A DNA stretch of 64,000 bases from an uncultured Microthrixaceae bacterium. GTDB taxonomy: Bacteria; Actinomycetota; Acidimicrobiia; Acidimicrobiales; Acidimicrobilacustridaceae. Below the pieces are notes generated by a model. The model did no database searches. It saw only the letters and a list, made by a program, of their open reading frames with translations, and was not told the DNA's origin. Each line of letters opens with the position of its first letter. Position 1 is the first letter of the stretch. Position numbers and translations under genes: made by a program. Positions 51,928-61,581 of this stretch are shown piece by piece. The stretch lies in NCBI GenBank assembly GCA_963785815.1, contig CAWAWN010000003.1, forward strand, positions 564,811-628,810, read 5' to 3'.

Positions 51928-52861
51928 TCACGCGTCCCGCAAGGCGGCGGCGGCCTGGTCGGGGTCGACCGGGTTGATCAGGATGCCGCCCCCCAGCTCG
52001 CCGCTGGCCACGAACCGAGGCGTGGCTGGGGCTCGCAGCAGGGGAGCCACGTGGGCATGCAGCCAGGCTCCGGGCCAGCGCTGGCCGTCGAAGGGCCGCT
52101 GGTGGAACCACATCATGTAGGGCATCGGCTCGGCGAACAGCCGGTCGAGGCGACCCAACGCCTCGCCCAGGACCTGGGCCAGCGCCCGGCGACCGGCCGG
52201 GTCCAGCGACGGCAGGTCGGGGACGGGGGTCTCGGGGGCGACCACCGAGCGCGTAGGGCCACCCCGCGGCCCACGGCACCCAGGCGCGCCAGGCCCCCGA
52301 GCGCGCCACCAGCCGGTCACCGGGGGCGTCGGGGCCCAGGGCGGCGGCGCCGAGGGCGGCGGCGCCCGACGCCCGCTCCAGCTCGTGGCGGGCCCGGGGC
52401 GGCACCACGTCGTACCCGTAGATCTGGCCGTGGGGGTGGTCGATGGTGGCCCCCACCGCCGCGCCCCGGTTCTCGAACACGAGCACGTAGGCGATGTCGT
52501 CCCGGCTGCCGAGGGCGGTGGTGCGCGCCGCCCACAGGTCGACCACCGCCGTGGCCTGGTCGAGGTCGAGCGATGCGAACGACGCCTGGTGGTCCGGGGA
52601 GTAGAGCACCACCTCGCAGACGTCGCCGGGCAGCGACGGCCACCGGTTGGGGAACCAGTGCACCACGTAGCTCTCAGGCGCCTCGGTGCCGCCCGGGCAG
52701 AACGGGCACCCACCGTCACCGCCCGCCGGCAGGTTGGGTCGGTGCTGGCGCGAGGCCACCACCCGCACGACGTCACCGCTGAGCGGGTCGACCCGGTAGG
52801 GGCCCGACGGGTCCCACGCGGCCGCGGCCGCGGCGCGCTCAGCAGGCGAAGGCTCGGCCAC
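51928..52861 (-). pseudogene. galT: galactose-1-phosphate uridylyltransferase interrupted by a +1 frameshift near 52247
   Basis: CPFCPGG and HPHGQIYGY motifs in the frame of ORF 51923-53992 up to ...WAAGWPYAL. The C-terminus (VVAPETPVPDLPSL...MMWFHQRP...) continues in the frame of ORF 51928-53184. 934 nt = 3n+1. Start is uncertain (GTG 52861 or ATG 52942). Confidence 0.85.
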
Positions 52862-52948
52862 CGCGGCCAACCTAGTGCCGCGGCTGTCGGCGCCCGAGCC
52901 CGCCGGCTCGACCTTGACCGAGCGGTCAAGAGTGGCGAGCATGGGCGG

Positions 52949-53836
52949 ATGCGCACCCATGTGAACGGCATCGACCTCGAGTACGAGTCGATGGGCGACC
53001 CCGCCGACCCGGCCCTGCTGCTGATCATGGGCCTCGGCGCCCAGATGATCGCCTGGGACGACGAGTTCTGCCTCGGTCTGGTCGACCGCGGCTTCCACGT
53101 CATCCGCTTCGACAACCGCGACGTGGGCCTGTCCACCAAGATCGCGGTCGACCCCGAGGTGGACGTGGCGGCCGTGCTCACCACCGTCCTGAGCGGTGGC
53201 GAGGCCGACGCGCCCTACCTGTTGGCCGACATGGCTGGCGACGCCCTCGGCGTGCTCGACGCCCTCGGCATCGAGTCGGCCCACGTGGTCGGCGCCTCGA
53301 TGGGCGGGATGATCGCCCAGAGCGTGGCCATCGCCGCGCCCGACCGGGTGCTCACCCTGACCTCGATCATGTCCACCACGGGCGATCCCGACGTGGGCCA
53401 GCCCTCGCCCGAGGTGCTGGGGGTGCTCATGGCGCCGCCGGCGGCCGACCGCGACAGCTACATCGCCCAGTCGGTCGAGGGCAGCCGGGCCATCGGCAGT
53501 CGTGAGCACTTCGACGCGGCCCGCGCCGCCGACGCCGCGGCTCGGGCCTACGACCGCAACTTCCACCCGGTCGGGGTGGGCCACCAGCTGGTGGCCATCC
53601 TGGCCTCGCCCAGCCGGTCCGAGGACCTGCGCCACTTCGACAAGCCGGCGCTGGTCATCCACGGCACCGAGGACCCACTGGTCACGCCGTCGGGCGGTGA
53701 GCGCACCGCCGAGGTGCTGCCCCACGCCGAGCTGCTCATGCTCGACGAGATGGGCCACGACCTGCCCGTCGTGCTCTGGCCGCAGGTCATCTCGGCCATC
53801 ACCGACCTGGCTGCCCGCTCGGCCGTGGAGGCATGA
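52949..53836 (+). CDS. alpha/beta-hydrolase
   Basis: ATG 52949 ([32 protein letters not shown]). Nucleophile elbow GASMGG; C-terminal GHD. Confidence 0.8.
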   Translation: MRTHVNGIDLEYESMGDPADPALLLIMGLGAQMIAWDDEFCLGLVDRGFHVIRFDNRDVGLSTKIAVDPEVDVAAVLTTVLSGGEADAPYLLADMAGDALGVLDALGIESAHVVGASMGGMIAQSVAIAAPDRVLTLTSIMSTTGDPDVGQPSPEVLGVLMAPPAADRDSYIAQSVEGSRAIGSREHFDAARAADAAARAYDRNFHPVGVGHQLVAILASPSRSEDLRHFDKPALVIHGTEDPLVTPSGGERTAEVLPHAELLMLDEMGHDLPVVLWPQVISAITDLAARSAVEA

Positions 53837-54990
53837 CCATGGCCAGCGGACCGCTGCACGGCGTGCGCATCCTCGAGATCGCCGGGATCGGGCCCGGGCC
53901 CTTCGCGGCCATGATGCTGTCCGACATGGGCGCCGAGGTGATCCGGGTCGACCGGGCCGGGTCGGTCCGCGGGGGCGACCCCGAGGCGCCACCGGCCGAC
54001 GTGTTGAACCGCGGTCGGCGCTCGGTGGGGTTCGACCTGAAGAACCCCGACGGGGTCGAAGCCCTGCTCTCGCTGGTCGAGTCGGCTGACGCCCTGATCG
54101 AGGGGTTCCGGCCCGGGGTGGCCGAGCGGCTCGGGTTCGGTCCCGAGGTCTGCCTGGCCCGCAACCCGCGCCTGGTGTTCGGCCGCATGACCGGGTGGGG
54201 CCAGGACGGTCCCTACGCCCTGACCGCCGGCCACGACATCAACTACATCGCCCTGGCCGGCGCCCTCGACTCGATCGGGCGGGCCGGCGAGAAGCCCCTC
54301 CCCCCGCTCAACCTGGTGGGCGACTTCGGCGGCGGTGGCATGCTGCTGGCCTTCGGCGTGGTGTGCGCCCTGCTCGAGCGGGCCAGCTCCGGCCAGGGGC
54401 AGGTGGTGGACGCGGCCATGGTCGACGGGGCCGCCGTGCTCATGACCATGTTCCACGCCTTCCGGGCCATGGGCATCTGGGGCGACGAGCGGGGCACCAA
54501 CATGCTCGACACGGGCGCCCACTACTACGACGTGTACGAGACCAAGGACGCCAAGTTCGTGTCCATCGGCTCCATCGAGCGCCAGTTCTACGCCGAGCTG
54601 CTCGACCTCACCGGCCTGGCCGCCGACGACACCCTGCCCGATCAGAACGACCGGGCCCAGTGGCCAGCCATGAAGGATCGGCTGGTCGAGGTGTTCAAGA
54701 CCAAGACCCGCGACGAGTGGTGCGCGCTGATGGAGGGCTCCGACGTGTGCTTCGCGCCGGTGCTGAGCATGACCGAGGCCCCGCAGCACCCCCACAACGT
54801 GCACCGGGGCACCTTCACGGAGCGCCAGGGCATCGTGCAGCCGTCGCCCGCGCCGCGCTTCGACCGCACCCCGGGTGAGATCCAGCGGCCGCCGGCCCAC
54901 GCCGGCCAGCACACCGACGAGGTGCTGGGGGAGTGGGGGTTCGACGCCGCCCGCATCGCCAAGCTCCGCGAGACCGGCGCGATTGCCTGA
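53833..54990 (+). CDS. CoA-transferase family III, alpha-methylacyl-CoA racemase-like
   Basis: 385-aa ORF; start overlaps the upstream stop (ATGA). [29 protein letters not shown] and [13 protein letters not shown]. Confidence 0.85.
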   Translation: MTMASGPLHGVRILEIAGIGPGPFAAMMLSDMGAEVIRVDRAGSVRGGDPEAPPADVLNRGRRSVGFDLKNPDGVEALLSLVESADALIEGFRPGVAERLGFGPEVCLARNPRLVFGRMTGWGQDGPYALTAGHDINYIALAGALDSIGRAGEKPLPPLNLVGDFGGGGMLLAFGVVCALLERASSGQGQVVDAAMVDGAAVLMTMFHAFRAMGIWGDERGTNMLDTGAHYYDVYETKDAKFVSIGSIERQFYAELLDLTGLAADDTLPDQNDRAQWPAMKDRLVEVFKTKTRDEWCALMEGSDVCFAPVLSMTEAPQHPHNVHRGTFTERQGIVQPSPAPRFDRTPGEIQRPPAHAGQHTDEVLGEWGFDAARIAKLRETGAIA

Positions 54991-54997
54991 TTGCTTG

Positions 54998-55060
54998 GCC
55001 CTTCGGTCGGGCGAGCCTCTTGCGGCGCCTTCTGAGGCCGTCCCGGTAGCCTTCGGCGGA
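54998..55060. repeat. interspersed intergenic repeat, locus 3 (partial unit)
   Basis: GCCCTTCGGTCGGGCGAGCCTCTTGCGGCGCCTTC matches the core of 50082-50118 and the reverse complement of 14705-14735. Confidence 0.7.
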
Positions 55061-55890
55061 TGGCATCGATGGTGTGCTTCCACGCCCATCCCGACGACGA
55101 ATCCATCGCCACGGCCGGCACCATGGCCAAGGCGGCGGCGAGCGGCCACGACGTGACGCTGGTGGTGGCCACCCGCGGCGAGCTGGGCGAGCCGGTGGAG
55201 GGGGTGCTGGCCGAGGGCGAAGAGCTGTGGACCCGTCGGGTGGCCGAGACCCAGCAGTCGGCCGCCGTGCTGGGTGCGTCGCGGGTCGAGTTCCTGGGCT
55301 ACCGCGACTCGGGGATGATGGGCGAGCCGACCAACGACGACCCCCGTGCCTTCTGGCAGGCCGACGTCGACAAGGCCGCCGAGCGGTTGGCAGCCATCCT
55401 GCGAGACGCCGGGTGCGACGTGCTCACCATCTACGACGACCACGGCAACTACGGCCACCCGGACCACATCCAGGTCCACCGGGTGGGCCGCCGGGCCGGG
55501 GAGCTGGCCGGCGTCCCGTTCGTGTTCCAGTCGACGATGAACCGCGACGCCATCCTGCGGAGCATCCGCGAGCGCGCCGACGAGTTCGCCCAGCTCGAGG
55601 AGGAGGGCCGCGGCCCCGGCATCGACGAGGACACCGACATGGGCTCGCCCGAGGCGATCATCACCCACGCCATCGACGTGAGCGGGTACGTCGACCACAA
55701 GCGCCGCTCGATGCAGTGCCACCAGAGCCAGATCGGCCCCGACGCCTTCTTCCTGGCCATGCCCATGGAGTCGTTCACCATGGCGTTCGGCACCGAGTGG
55801 TTCATCGCCGACGGTGGCTCCCGGGTCGCCGACGAGCCGTTCGGCGACGACCTGTTCGCCGGGCTCGACCGGGTCGACAGCGCCTCCTGA
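55060..55890 (+). CDS. PIG-L/LmbE-family deacetylase (Mca/MshB-like)
   Basis: MVCFHAHPDDESI motif and HPDH motif downstream. Confidence 0.85.
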   Translation: MASMVCFHAHPDDESIATAGTMAKAAASGHDVTLVVATRGELGEPVEGVLAEGEELWTRRVAETQQSAAVLGASRVEFLGYRDSGMMGEPTNDDPRAFWQADVDKAAERLAAILRDAGCDVLTIYDDHGNYGHPDHIQVHRVGRRAGELAGVPFVFQSTMNRDAILRSIRERADEFAQLEEEGRGPGIDEDTDMGSPEAIITHAIDVSGYVDHKRRSMQCHQSQIGPDAFFLAMPMESFTMAFGTEWFIADGGSRVADEPFGDDLFAGLDRVDSAS

Positions 55891-55921
55891 CCACAGTGGG
55901 GGCGACGAGGGGGTGGCGCTG

Positions 55922-56470
55922 ATGGCCCGCATCCGCCTGGTGCGACACGGCCATGCCGCCGCCGGGTTCGGCGATGCCGCCGATCCTGGGCTCGACGACG
56001 CGGGTCGGGCCCAGGCCCGGGCCATGGCCGAGCACCTGGCCCCGCTCGGTCCGCTCCCGCTGGTGTCGAGCCCGCTCCAGCGCACCCGTCAGACGGCCGC
56101 CGCCCTGGAGGCGGTCTGGGGGGACCGGGCGCGCCTCGAGCCGCGGGTGGCCGAGATCCCCACGCCCACCGACGACCTGGCCTCCCGGGCGGCCTGGCTC
56201 AGCCAGGCCATGGCGGGGACCTGGGCCGACCTGGGCCCCCAGCTCCAGGCCTGGCGCGACCAGCTGGTGGCCGCGGTGCTCGAGCTCGACGTCGACACGG
56301 TGGTGGTCAGCCACTTCGTGGCCATCAACGCCGTGGTCGGCTGGGCCTCGGGCGACGACCGGGTCATGGCCGTGGCCCTCGACAACTGCTCGATCACCAC
56401 CATGGAGACCCACGGCCGCCACCTGCGCCTGGTGGAGCTGGGGGCGCGGGCCGTCACGGAGGTGCGCTGA
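55922..56470 (+). CDS. histidine phosphatase (phosphoglycerate-mutase-like) family protein
   Basis: ATG 55922 (MARIRLVRHGHAA...), RHG catalytic motif, later SHF. Confidence 0.8.
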   Translation: MARIRLVRHGHAAAGFGDAADPGLDDAGRAQARAMAEHLAPLGPLPLVSSPLQRTRQTAAALEAVWGDRARLEPRVAEIPTPTDDLASRAAWLSQAMAGTWADLGPQLQAWRDQLVAAVLELDVDTVVVSHFVAINAVVGWASGDDRVMAVALDNCSITTMETHGRHLRLVELGARAVTEVR

Positions 56471-57588
56471 TGGCCGGCGACGCGCCGGGGGCCTGGGTCC
56501 ACACCTCGCCCACCCAGCAGCTGCGCTTCGGCGACGGTGCCCTGCACGGTCTGGGCGACCTGTTCCGCGCCATCGGGGTGCGTCGGGCGATGCTGGTCAC
56601 CACCGCCGGGCGATCCCAGTCCGGCGAGGGTGCCCAGGTGGAGCGGGCCATGGGACGCGTGTTGGCCTCGACCTTCGCCGGGGTGATCTCGCACGTGCCC
56701 ACCCCCACCGTGCAGGACGCTCTGCGCCAGGCCCGACGCGACGGCATCGACGGCGTGGTGTCCTTCGGCGGGGGGTCGTGCGCCGACACGGCCAAGGCCG
56801 TGTGCTTCTTCAGCGAGCAGGAGCAGGGCACCCCCGGTGCCTCCTTCGCCGATCGGCCGGCCCTGCCCCACGTGGCCATCCCCACCGGCTACTCGGGTGC
56901 CGAGCTGACCGGGTTCTTCGGGATGACCGACCCCAACACCCGGGCCAAGAGCGGCGCCGGCGGCCCGACCGTCGTGCCCCTGGCCGCCTTCTACGACCCG
57001 GGCCTGACCCTGTCCCTGCCCGCTCGCATCAGCGCCGAGACCGGGATGAACGCCTTGGCCCACTGCGTGGAGGCGGCCTGGTCGCCCGCCCGCACCCCCG
57101 AGGCCGAGGCCGTGGCCCTGGCCGGCATGGCCCGCATCGCCGACGCCCTGCCGCGGGTGGTCGACCAGCCGGACGACCGCCAGGCCCGCGCCGACATGTT
57201 GAGCGGATCGATCCTGGCCGGCCGCTGCCTCCAGAACGCGTCCATGGGCGTCCACCACGGCCTGGCCCAGCTGGTGGGCGGACGCACCGGCATCCCCCAC
57301 GGCCTGGCCAACGCCCTCATCCTGGAGGCGGCCATGCGCTACAACGCCGACGCCGTCCCCGAGGCCATGGCGGCCATGGCCCACGCCCTGGGCGTCGACG
57401 ACGCCGCCGACGCCGTCGGCGCCCTGGTGGCACGACTCGGGCTGGACACCTCGCTGTCCGAGGTGGGCATGACCGACGAGGACCTCGACGCGGTGGCCCG
57501 GCTCAGCCAGTCCAGCCCGTCGGTGCGGGCCGACCCGCGGCCGGTCAGCGAGCAGGACGCCCGGGATCTGCTCGAGTCGATCTTCTGA
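56470..57588 (+). CDS. iron-containing alcohol dehydrogenase / maleylacetate-reductase-like
   Basis: 372-aa ORF; start overlaps the upstream stop. GGGSCADTAK motif and conserved His cluster (NALAHCVE...GVHHGLAQ). Confidence 0.85.
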   Translation: MAGDAPGAWVHTSPTQQLRFGDGALHGLGDLFRAIGVRRAMLVTTAGRSQSGEGAQVERAMGRVLASTFAGVISHVPTPTVQDALRQARRDGIDGVVSFGGGSCADTAKAVCFFSEQEQGTPGASFADRPALPHVAIPTGYSGAELTGFFGMTDPNTRAKSGAGGPTVVPLAAFYDPGLTLSLPARISAETGMNALAHCVEAAWSPARTPEAEAVALAGMARIADALPRVVDQPDDRQARADMLSGSILAGRCLQNASMGVHHGLAQLVGGRTGIPHGLANALILEAAMRYNADAVPEAMAAMAHALGVDDAADAVGALVARLGLDTSLSEVGMTDEDLDAVARLSQSSPSVRADPRPVSEQDARDLLESIF

Positions 57589-57639
57589 ACGTGTCGGCCA
57601 GTCGTCGGCGCGGGGTTGGCGCGGCGGTGGCCGGGGGCC

Positions 57640-57875
57640 TCAGGCGGCCACGATCTCCAGCTGCTGGGGACGGGCCAGGATGTAGATCAGCACGCCCGAT
57701 GCAGCGGGGCGATCAGGATGACGAGGGCCCAGGCGGCCTTGGCCAGGCCGTGGTGGTCGTGCCGGCGGAAGTTGTCGATGAACACCCAGATCACGGTGAA
57801 GATCCACAGCACGAAGATCGAGAACATGAACAGGCTCCAGAACACGCCGAGCAGCGGGTAGTCGTAGGCCAGCAT
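57640..57875 (-). pseudogene. small PLDc_N-type (cardiolipin-synthase N-terminal-like) membrane peptide with a frameshift near 57697-57701
   Basis: ATG 57875 preceded by GGAGGGAG. MLAYDYPLLGVFWSLFMFSIFVLWIF...WALVILIAPL, then a premature stop. The expected continuation GVLIYILARPQQLEIVAA lies in the frame ending at 57640. 236 nt = 3n+2. Confidence 0.7.
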
Positions 57876-57991
57876 GGTGCTCCCTCCTGCGGTCCCGGCG
57901 GGCGCCGGGCGCATGGGTGATGCGAACTGCACCCCCGGACAGATTCTGCTGTCTGCGGGCCGGGACGGGCGCGATGGTAGGGTCCCGAGCC

Positions 57992-59416
57992 ATGCCGCGA
58001 GCCGTGGTGGTCGGGTCGGGGCCCAACGGGCTGACGGCGGCAGCCACGTTGGCCCGCGCCGGCCTGGAGGTCACGGTGCTGGAGGCGTCGTCCACCATCG
58101 GCGGTGGGACCCGATCCAGCGAGCTGACCGTGCCGGGGGTGCTCAGCGACCACTGTTCGGCCTTCCACCCGACCGGCGCTGCGTCCCCGGCCTTCCGGGA
58201 CCTCGCCCTCGACCGCCACGGGCTCGAGTGGCTCCGACCCGAGGTGGACCTGGCGCACCCGATCGACTCGGGCCCGGCCGCGACGCTCCACACCTCCCTG
58301 GCGGCCACGGCCGAGTCGCTGGGCGCCGATGCCGGGCGATGGCATCGGCTGTTCGACCGGCCGGTCCACCACCTCGACGACCTGGTCGAGGACCTGTTCG
58401 GACCACCCCTGCACCGGCCCCGAGATCCGCTGACCTACGCCCAGTTCGGGGCGTTGGCTCTGCTTCCGGCCACCGTTCTGGCGCGCCGGTTCCGCGAACC
58501 GGGCACCCGGGCGCTGATTGCCGGCCTGGCTGCCCACAGCCTGCGCCCGCTGGGGGTGGCGGGTGCCTCGGCGATCGGCCTGATGTTGGCGGCCACCGGC
58601 CACGTCCACGGATGGCCGGTGGCCCGAGGCGGTTCGCGGGCCATCACCAGCGCCCTGGCTCATGTCCTCGGTGAGCTCGGCGGAGCGATCGAGGTGGACC
58701 AGCCGATCACGTCGTGGCGCGATCTGCCGCCGGCCGACGTGGTCATGCTGGACACCTCGCCCAAGGCCGCGCTAGCCATCCTGGGTGACCGACTCCCCAC
58801 TCGGGTGGCTCGCGCCTATCGCACCTATCGTTACGGCCCGGGCGTCTACAAGATGGACTTCGCCGTCGAAGGTGGTGTGCCGTGGTCGAGCGAGGAGAGC
58901 AGACGCGCCGGGACCGTACACCTGGGCGGTTCCTTCGAGGAGATCGAGTGGGCCGAACGGGCGGTCGATCAGGGCCGCATGCCCGATCGCCCCTTCGTGC
59001 TGGTCGGCCAGCAGTACCTGGCCGACCCGGGACGATCCGCCGGTGACGTGCACCCGGTGTGGGCCTACGCGCACGTGCCTCGGAGCTATGCGGGGGATGC
59101 GTCGCGCCAGTTGGTGGCCCAGATCGAACGTTTCGCTCCAGGCTTCCACGACCGGGTGGTGGCCACCGCCACCCGGTCGCCGGCCGAGCTGGCCGAGTCC
59201 AACGCGAACTACGTGGGCGGCGACATCGGCGTCGGGACCAACTCGCTGCGACAGATGCTGTTCCGGCCCCGCGCCACAAGCGATCCGTACACCACCGGCG
59301 TGCCCGGGGTCTACCTGTGCTCGGCGGCCACGCCTCCCGGGGCCGGGGTCCACGGCATGTGCGGATACCACGCGGCGAGCTCGGCCCTGTCACACGTGCC
59401 TCACGCACAGGGCTGA
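57992..59416 (+). CDS. phytoene-desaturase-family NAD(P)/FAD-dependent oxidoreductase
   Basis: ATG 57992 (MPRAVVVGSGPNGLTAAATLARAGLEVTVLEASSTIGGG), dinucleotide-binding fold, CrtI-like length. Confidence 0.8.
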   Translation: MPRAVVVGSGPNGLTAAATLARAGLEVTVLEASSTIGGGTRSSELTVPGVLSDHCSAFHPTGAASPAFRDLALDRHGLEWLRPEVDLAHPIDSGPAATLHTSLAATAESLGADAGRWHRLFDRPVHHLDDLVEDLFGPPLHRPRDPLTYAQFGALALLPATVLARRFREPGTRALIAGLAAHSLRPLGVAGASAIGLMLAATGHVHGWPVARGGSRAITSALAHVLGELGGAIEVDQPITSWRDLPPADVVMLDTSPKAALAILGDRLPTRVARAYRTYRYGPGVYKMDFAVEGGVPWSSEESRRAGTVHLGGSFEEIEWAERAVDQGRMPDRPFVLVGQQYLADPGRSAGDVHPVWAYAHVPRSYAGDASRQLVAQIERFAPGFHDRVVATATRSPAELAESNANYVGGDIGVGTNSLRQMLFRPRATSDPYTTGVPGVYLCSAATPPGAGVHGMCGYHAASSALSHVPHAQG

Positions 59417-59458
59417 GTGTCACCTGGGGCCCGGTGCGGCTCCCGGAAGGGGGAGAGG

Positions 59459-61516
59459 ATGACCGATCACGCGTCGAGCTCGGCGGTACTGGTCCACGAC
59501 CAGAGCCCCCTGTGTCGGGACTTCGCGTCCTGGGCCGGGCGGCACCTGCGGACGGGATCGACCATGAGCGTGGACGAGGCTGCGGCCCGAGGCCTGGTCG
59601 ACCCCGACACGGCCGACGTCGCCTTGTGGTTGGACGGGGAGCGGACCAGTCGCGGACACGAGGCCATCGCCCGGTCGCTGCTCGACATGGGTCCAGTCTG
59701 GGCGTGGCTGGGTCGGGTCCTCGACTGGCCGGGTGTGCGCTCGGTGTCCGCCGCCGGGTACCGACAGGTGGCGTCGCAACGCCACCGGATCCTCCGCGAC
59801 GACCCGGAGGAGGAGCCGTCGTCCACTGCCGGGTCGGCGGGTGCAGCTGACGGGACAGTTGCCACGCTCACCTCGACACGGGCCGGCGGCCGGCTCGGCT
59901 TCGTGCGCCGGTCGATCGGGACCACCCCGGCCGCCGACACCTTCGTCACCGTCGCCCTCCTGGTAGCCGCGGGGGTGACGTCGCGGTTCGTGCACAAGGT
60001 GGGCACGCCGGCGGCCCCCGCGTTCGAGCATCCCAGCGTGCTCATCGGCATGCTGGCCACCCACTCCAAGGCCGCGGTCACTCTGGCCATCGGGTTCGGG
60101 TGTCTGGTCGTGCGTCGCCACCTGCGCTGGGACGAGCTGTATGACGGTCGGCGCATCCGCTGGGTGGTGATGGCCGTGGCCCTGAGTCTGGCGGCCACCG
60201 CCGGCCTCTACTCCCCGAACTACTTCTTCGGTCAGACCTACCTGATCGATCGCCTGATCGTGTTGACCCTGCTGGCCCTCATCTGGATCAGGCCGGCCTC
60301 GGTCATCTTGTTCTCGGTCTTCGTGGTGGCCACCAACGCCCAATTCACCTACCCGGTGGGCGGGTTCACCTGGACGCATCGCGACCTGCTGTTGAACGCC
60401 TTGTACCTGTTTGGGATCCTCGTGGTGCTGGGTGGCGGCCGCTCGGTCCGCACCATGAGGTGCTTCTTCACCGGCGCCTGCATCCTGCTCGTCTGCGCCT
60501 ACCTATCGGCCGGATCGGCCAAGGTGCTGCTGGGGTGGCCGTGGCGGGAGAACCTGTCCTACCTGGCCGTGGGCACCCACATCGGAGGCTGGCTCCCCGG
60601 ATCTCTGGCCCACACCGTCATCGACATCCTGGGTCGGCTGCGGTATGTGCTGATCGCGGCGACGCTGGTCGTCGAGCTCGGCTCGCTCGCGCTGCTGGCT
60701 GGCCGGCGGGTGGCCCTGGTAGTCCTGCCTGCGCTGTTCGGCCTGCACGTGTTCATCTACCTGACCACGGGCATCAACTTCCTGTTCACGTGGGGGCTGC
60801 TGCTGGTGGCGCTGTGGATCTACGTGGCGCTGGGTGGTCGGGCCTTCGGCCGGGCCCGACCTGCGTTGGTGGCCTGGACGCTGCTGTTCGCCTTCCTGTC
60901 GCCCTGGTTGTTCGGCACCTACCGCTTGGCCTGGCTGGACACGTCGTACTCCTTCTCGTATCAGTTGGTGGCGGTGGGCCGCAGCGGCACCCGGTATCGC
61001 GTCGATCCCGCCGACATGGCCCCCTACGACGTGCTCTTCGCTCACAACTTCCTCTCCTACCTCTCGACCGCCCCGACGGTCGACACCTACGCCTGGGGCG
61101 CGACCGTGTCGCCGGCACTGGCCGACGCGCTCGCCCGGGTCACGAGGCCCGCCCAGGTGGCCGCGGTGCAGGCCCGCTTCGGCCGCTCCCGCTCCGACCC
61201 GGGGGCGGCCGCCCGCTTCGACGAGCTGGTGAGGTCCCGCTTCCGCTCCTCGCAGTCCGGCTGGCCGTTCCACGCGCTCGACGAGATCGGCTCGGGCGCG
61301 CCCCCGGTCGTGCCCGGTACTCCGGCCACCTCGGTGTACGCGCACCAAGAGCCAATCGTCCGGGTCGAGGTTCGCCTGGTCCAGGTCTGGTGGGACGGCC
61401 ACCGGGACCATGTCCTGGCCGATTGCCTGATCCGCGACATCTCGGTGGCCGGCGGACCCACTCGGACTCCCGACGTCGACAACTGCCGCCTGTCCGCCTC
61501 CGGCAATGCCCGGTGA
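59459..61516 (+). CDS. DCC/DUF393-like thiol-disulfide-oxidoreductase domain fused to a polytopic membrane domain and a C-terminal soluble domain
   Basis: ATG 59459 after GGAAGGGGGAG. N-terminus VLVHDQSPLCRDFASWAGRHL resembles the DGxCxLC DCC motif with Ser in place of the first Cys. About 10 hydrophobic segments follow, then ~190 aa of non-hydrophobic C-terminus. Confidence 0.65.
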   Translation: MTDHASSSAVLVHDQSPLCRDFASWAGRHLRTGSTMSVDEAAARGLVDPDTADVALWLDGERTSRGHEAIARSLLDMGPVWAWLGRVLDWPGVRSVSAAGYRQVASQRHRILRDDPEEEPSSTAGSAGAADGTVATLTSTRAGGRLGFVRRSIGTTPAADTFVTVALLVAAGVTSRFVHKVGTPAAPAFEHPSVLIGMLATHSKAAVTLAIGFGCLVVRRHLRWDELYDGRRIRWVVMAVALSLAATAGLYSPNYFFGQTYLIDRLIVLTLLALIWIRPASVILFSVFVVATNAQFTYPVGGFTWTHRDLLLNALYLFGILVVLGGGRSVRTMRCFFTGACILLVCAYLSAGSAKVLLGWPWRENLSYLAVGTHIGGWLPGSLAHTVIDILGRLRYVLIAATLVVELGSLALLAGRRVALVVLPALFGLHVFIYLTTGINFLFTWGLLLVALWIYVALGGRAFGRARPALVAWTLLFAFLSPWLFGTYRLAWLDTSYSFSYQLVAVGRSGTRYRVDPADMAPYDVLFAHNFLSYLSTAPTVDTYAWGATVSPALADALARVTRPAQVAAVQARFGRSRSDPGAAARFDELVRSRFRSSQSGWPFHALDEIGSGAPPVVPGTPATSVYAHQEPIVRVEVRLVQVWWDGHRDHVLADCLIRDISVAGGPTRTPDVDNCRLSASGNAR

Positions 61517-61581
61517 GCCAGGAATAGTTTCAGCTTCAACTAGTGTTGTACACGGTGTCCAGCGCCCCTGGAGGTGGCCCG

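Noticed and set aside
52862-52948. Alternative galT start at ATG 52942.
   Set aside because: It would leave only 6 nt between divergent start codons (the hydrolase ATG is at 52949). GTG 52861 is preferred, but the choice is not resolvable from sequence alone.
61521-61555. Low-GC stretch AATAGTTTCAGCTTCAACTAGTGTTGTACACGG upstream of the pirin gene, with a short TAGTT...AACTA inverted repeat and a TGTACA motif. Possible promoter or operator.
   Set aside because: The repeats are only 5-6 bp, and no -35/-10 pair with sensible spacing could be assigned by eye. Too weak to call as a feature.
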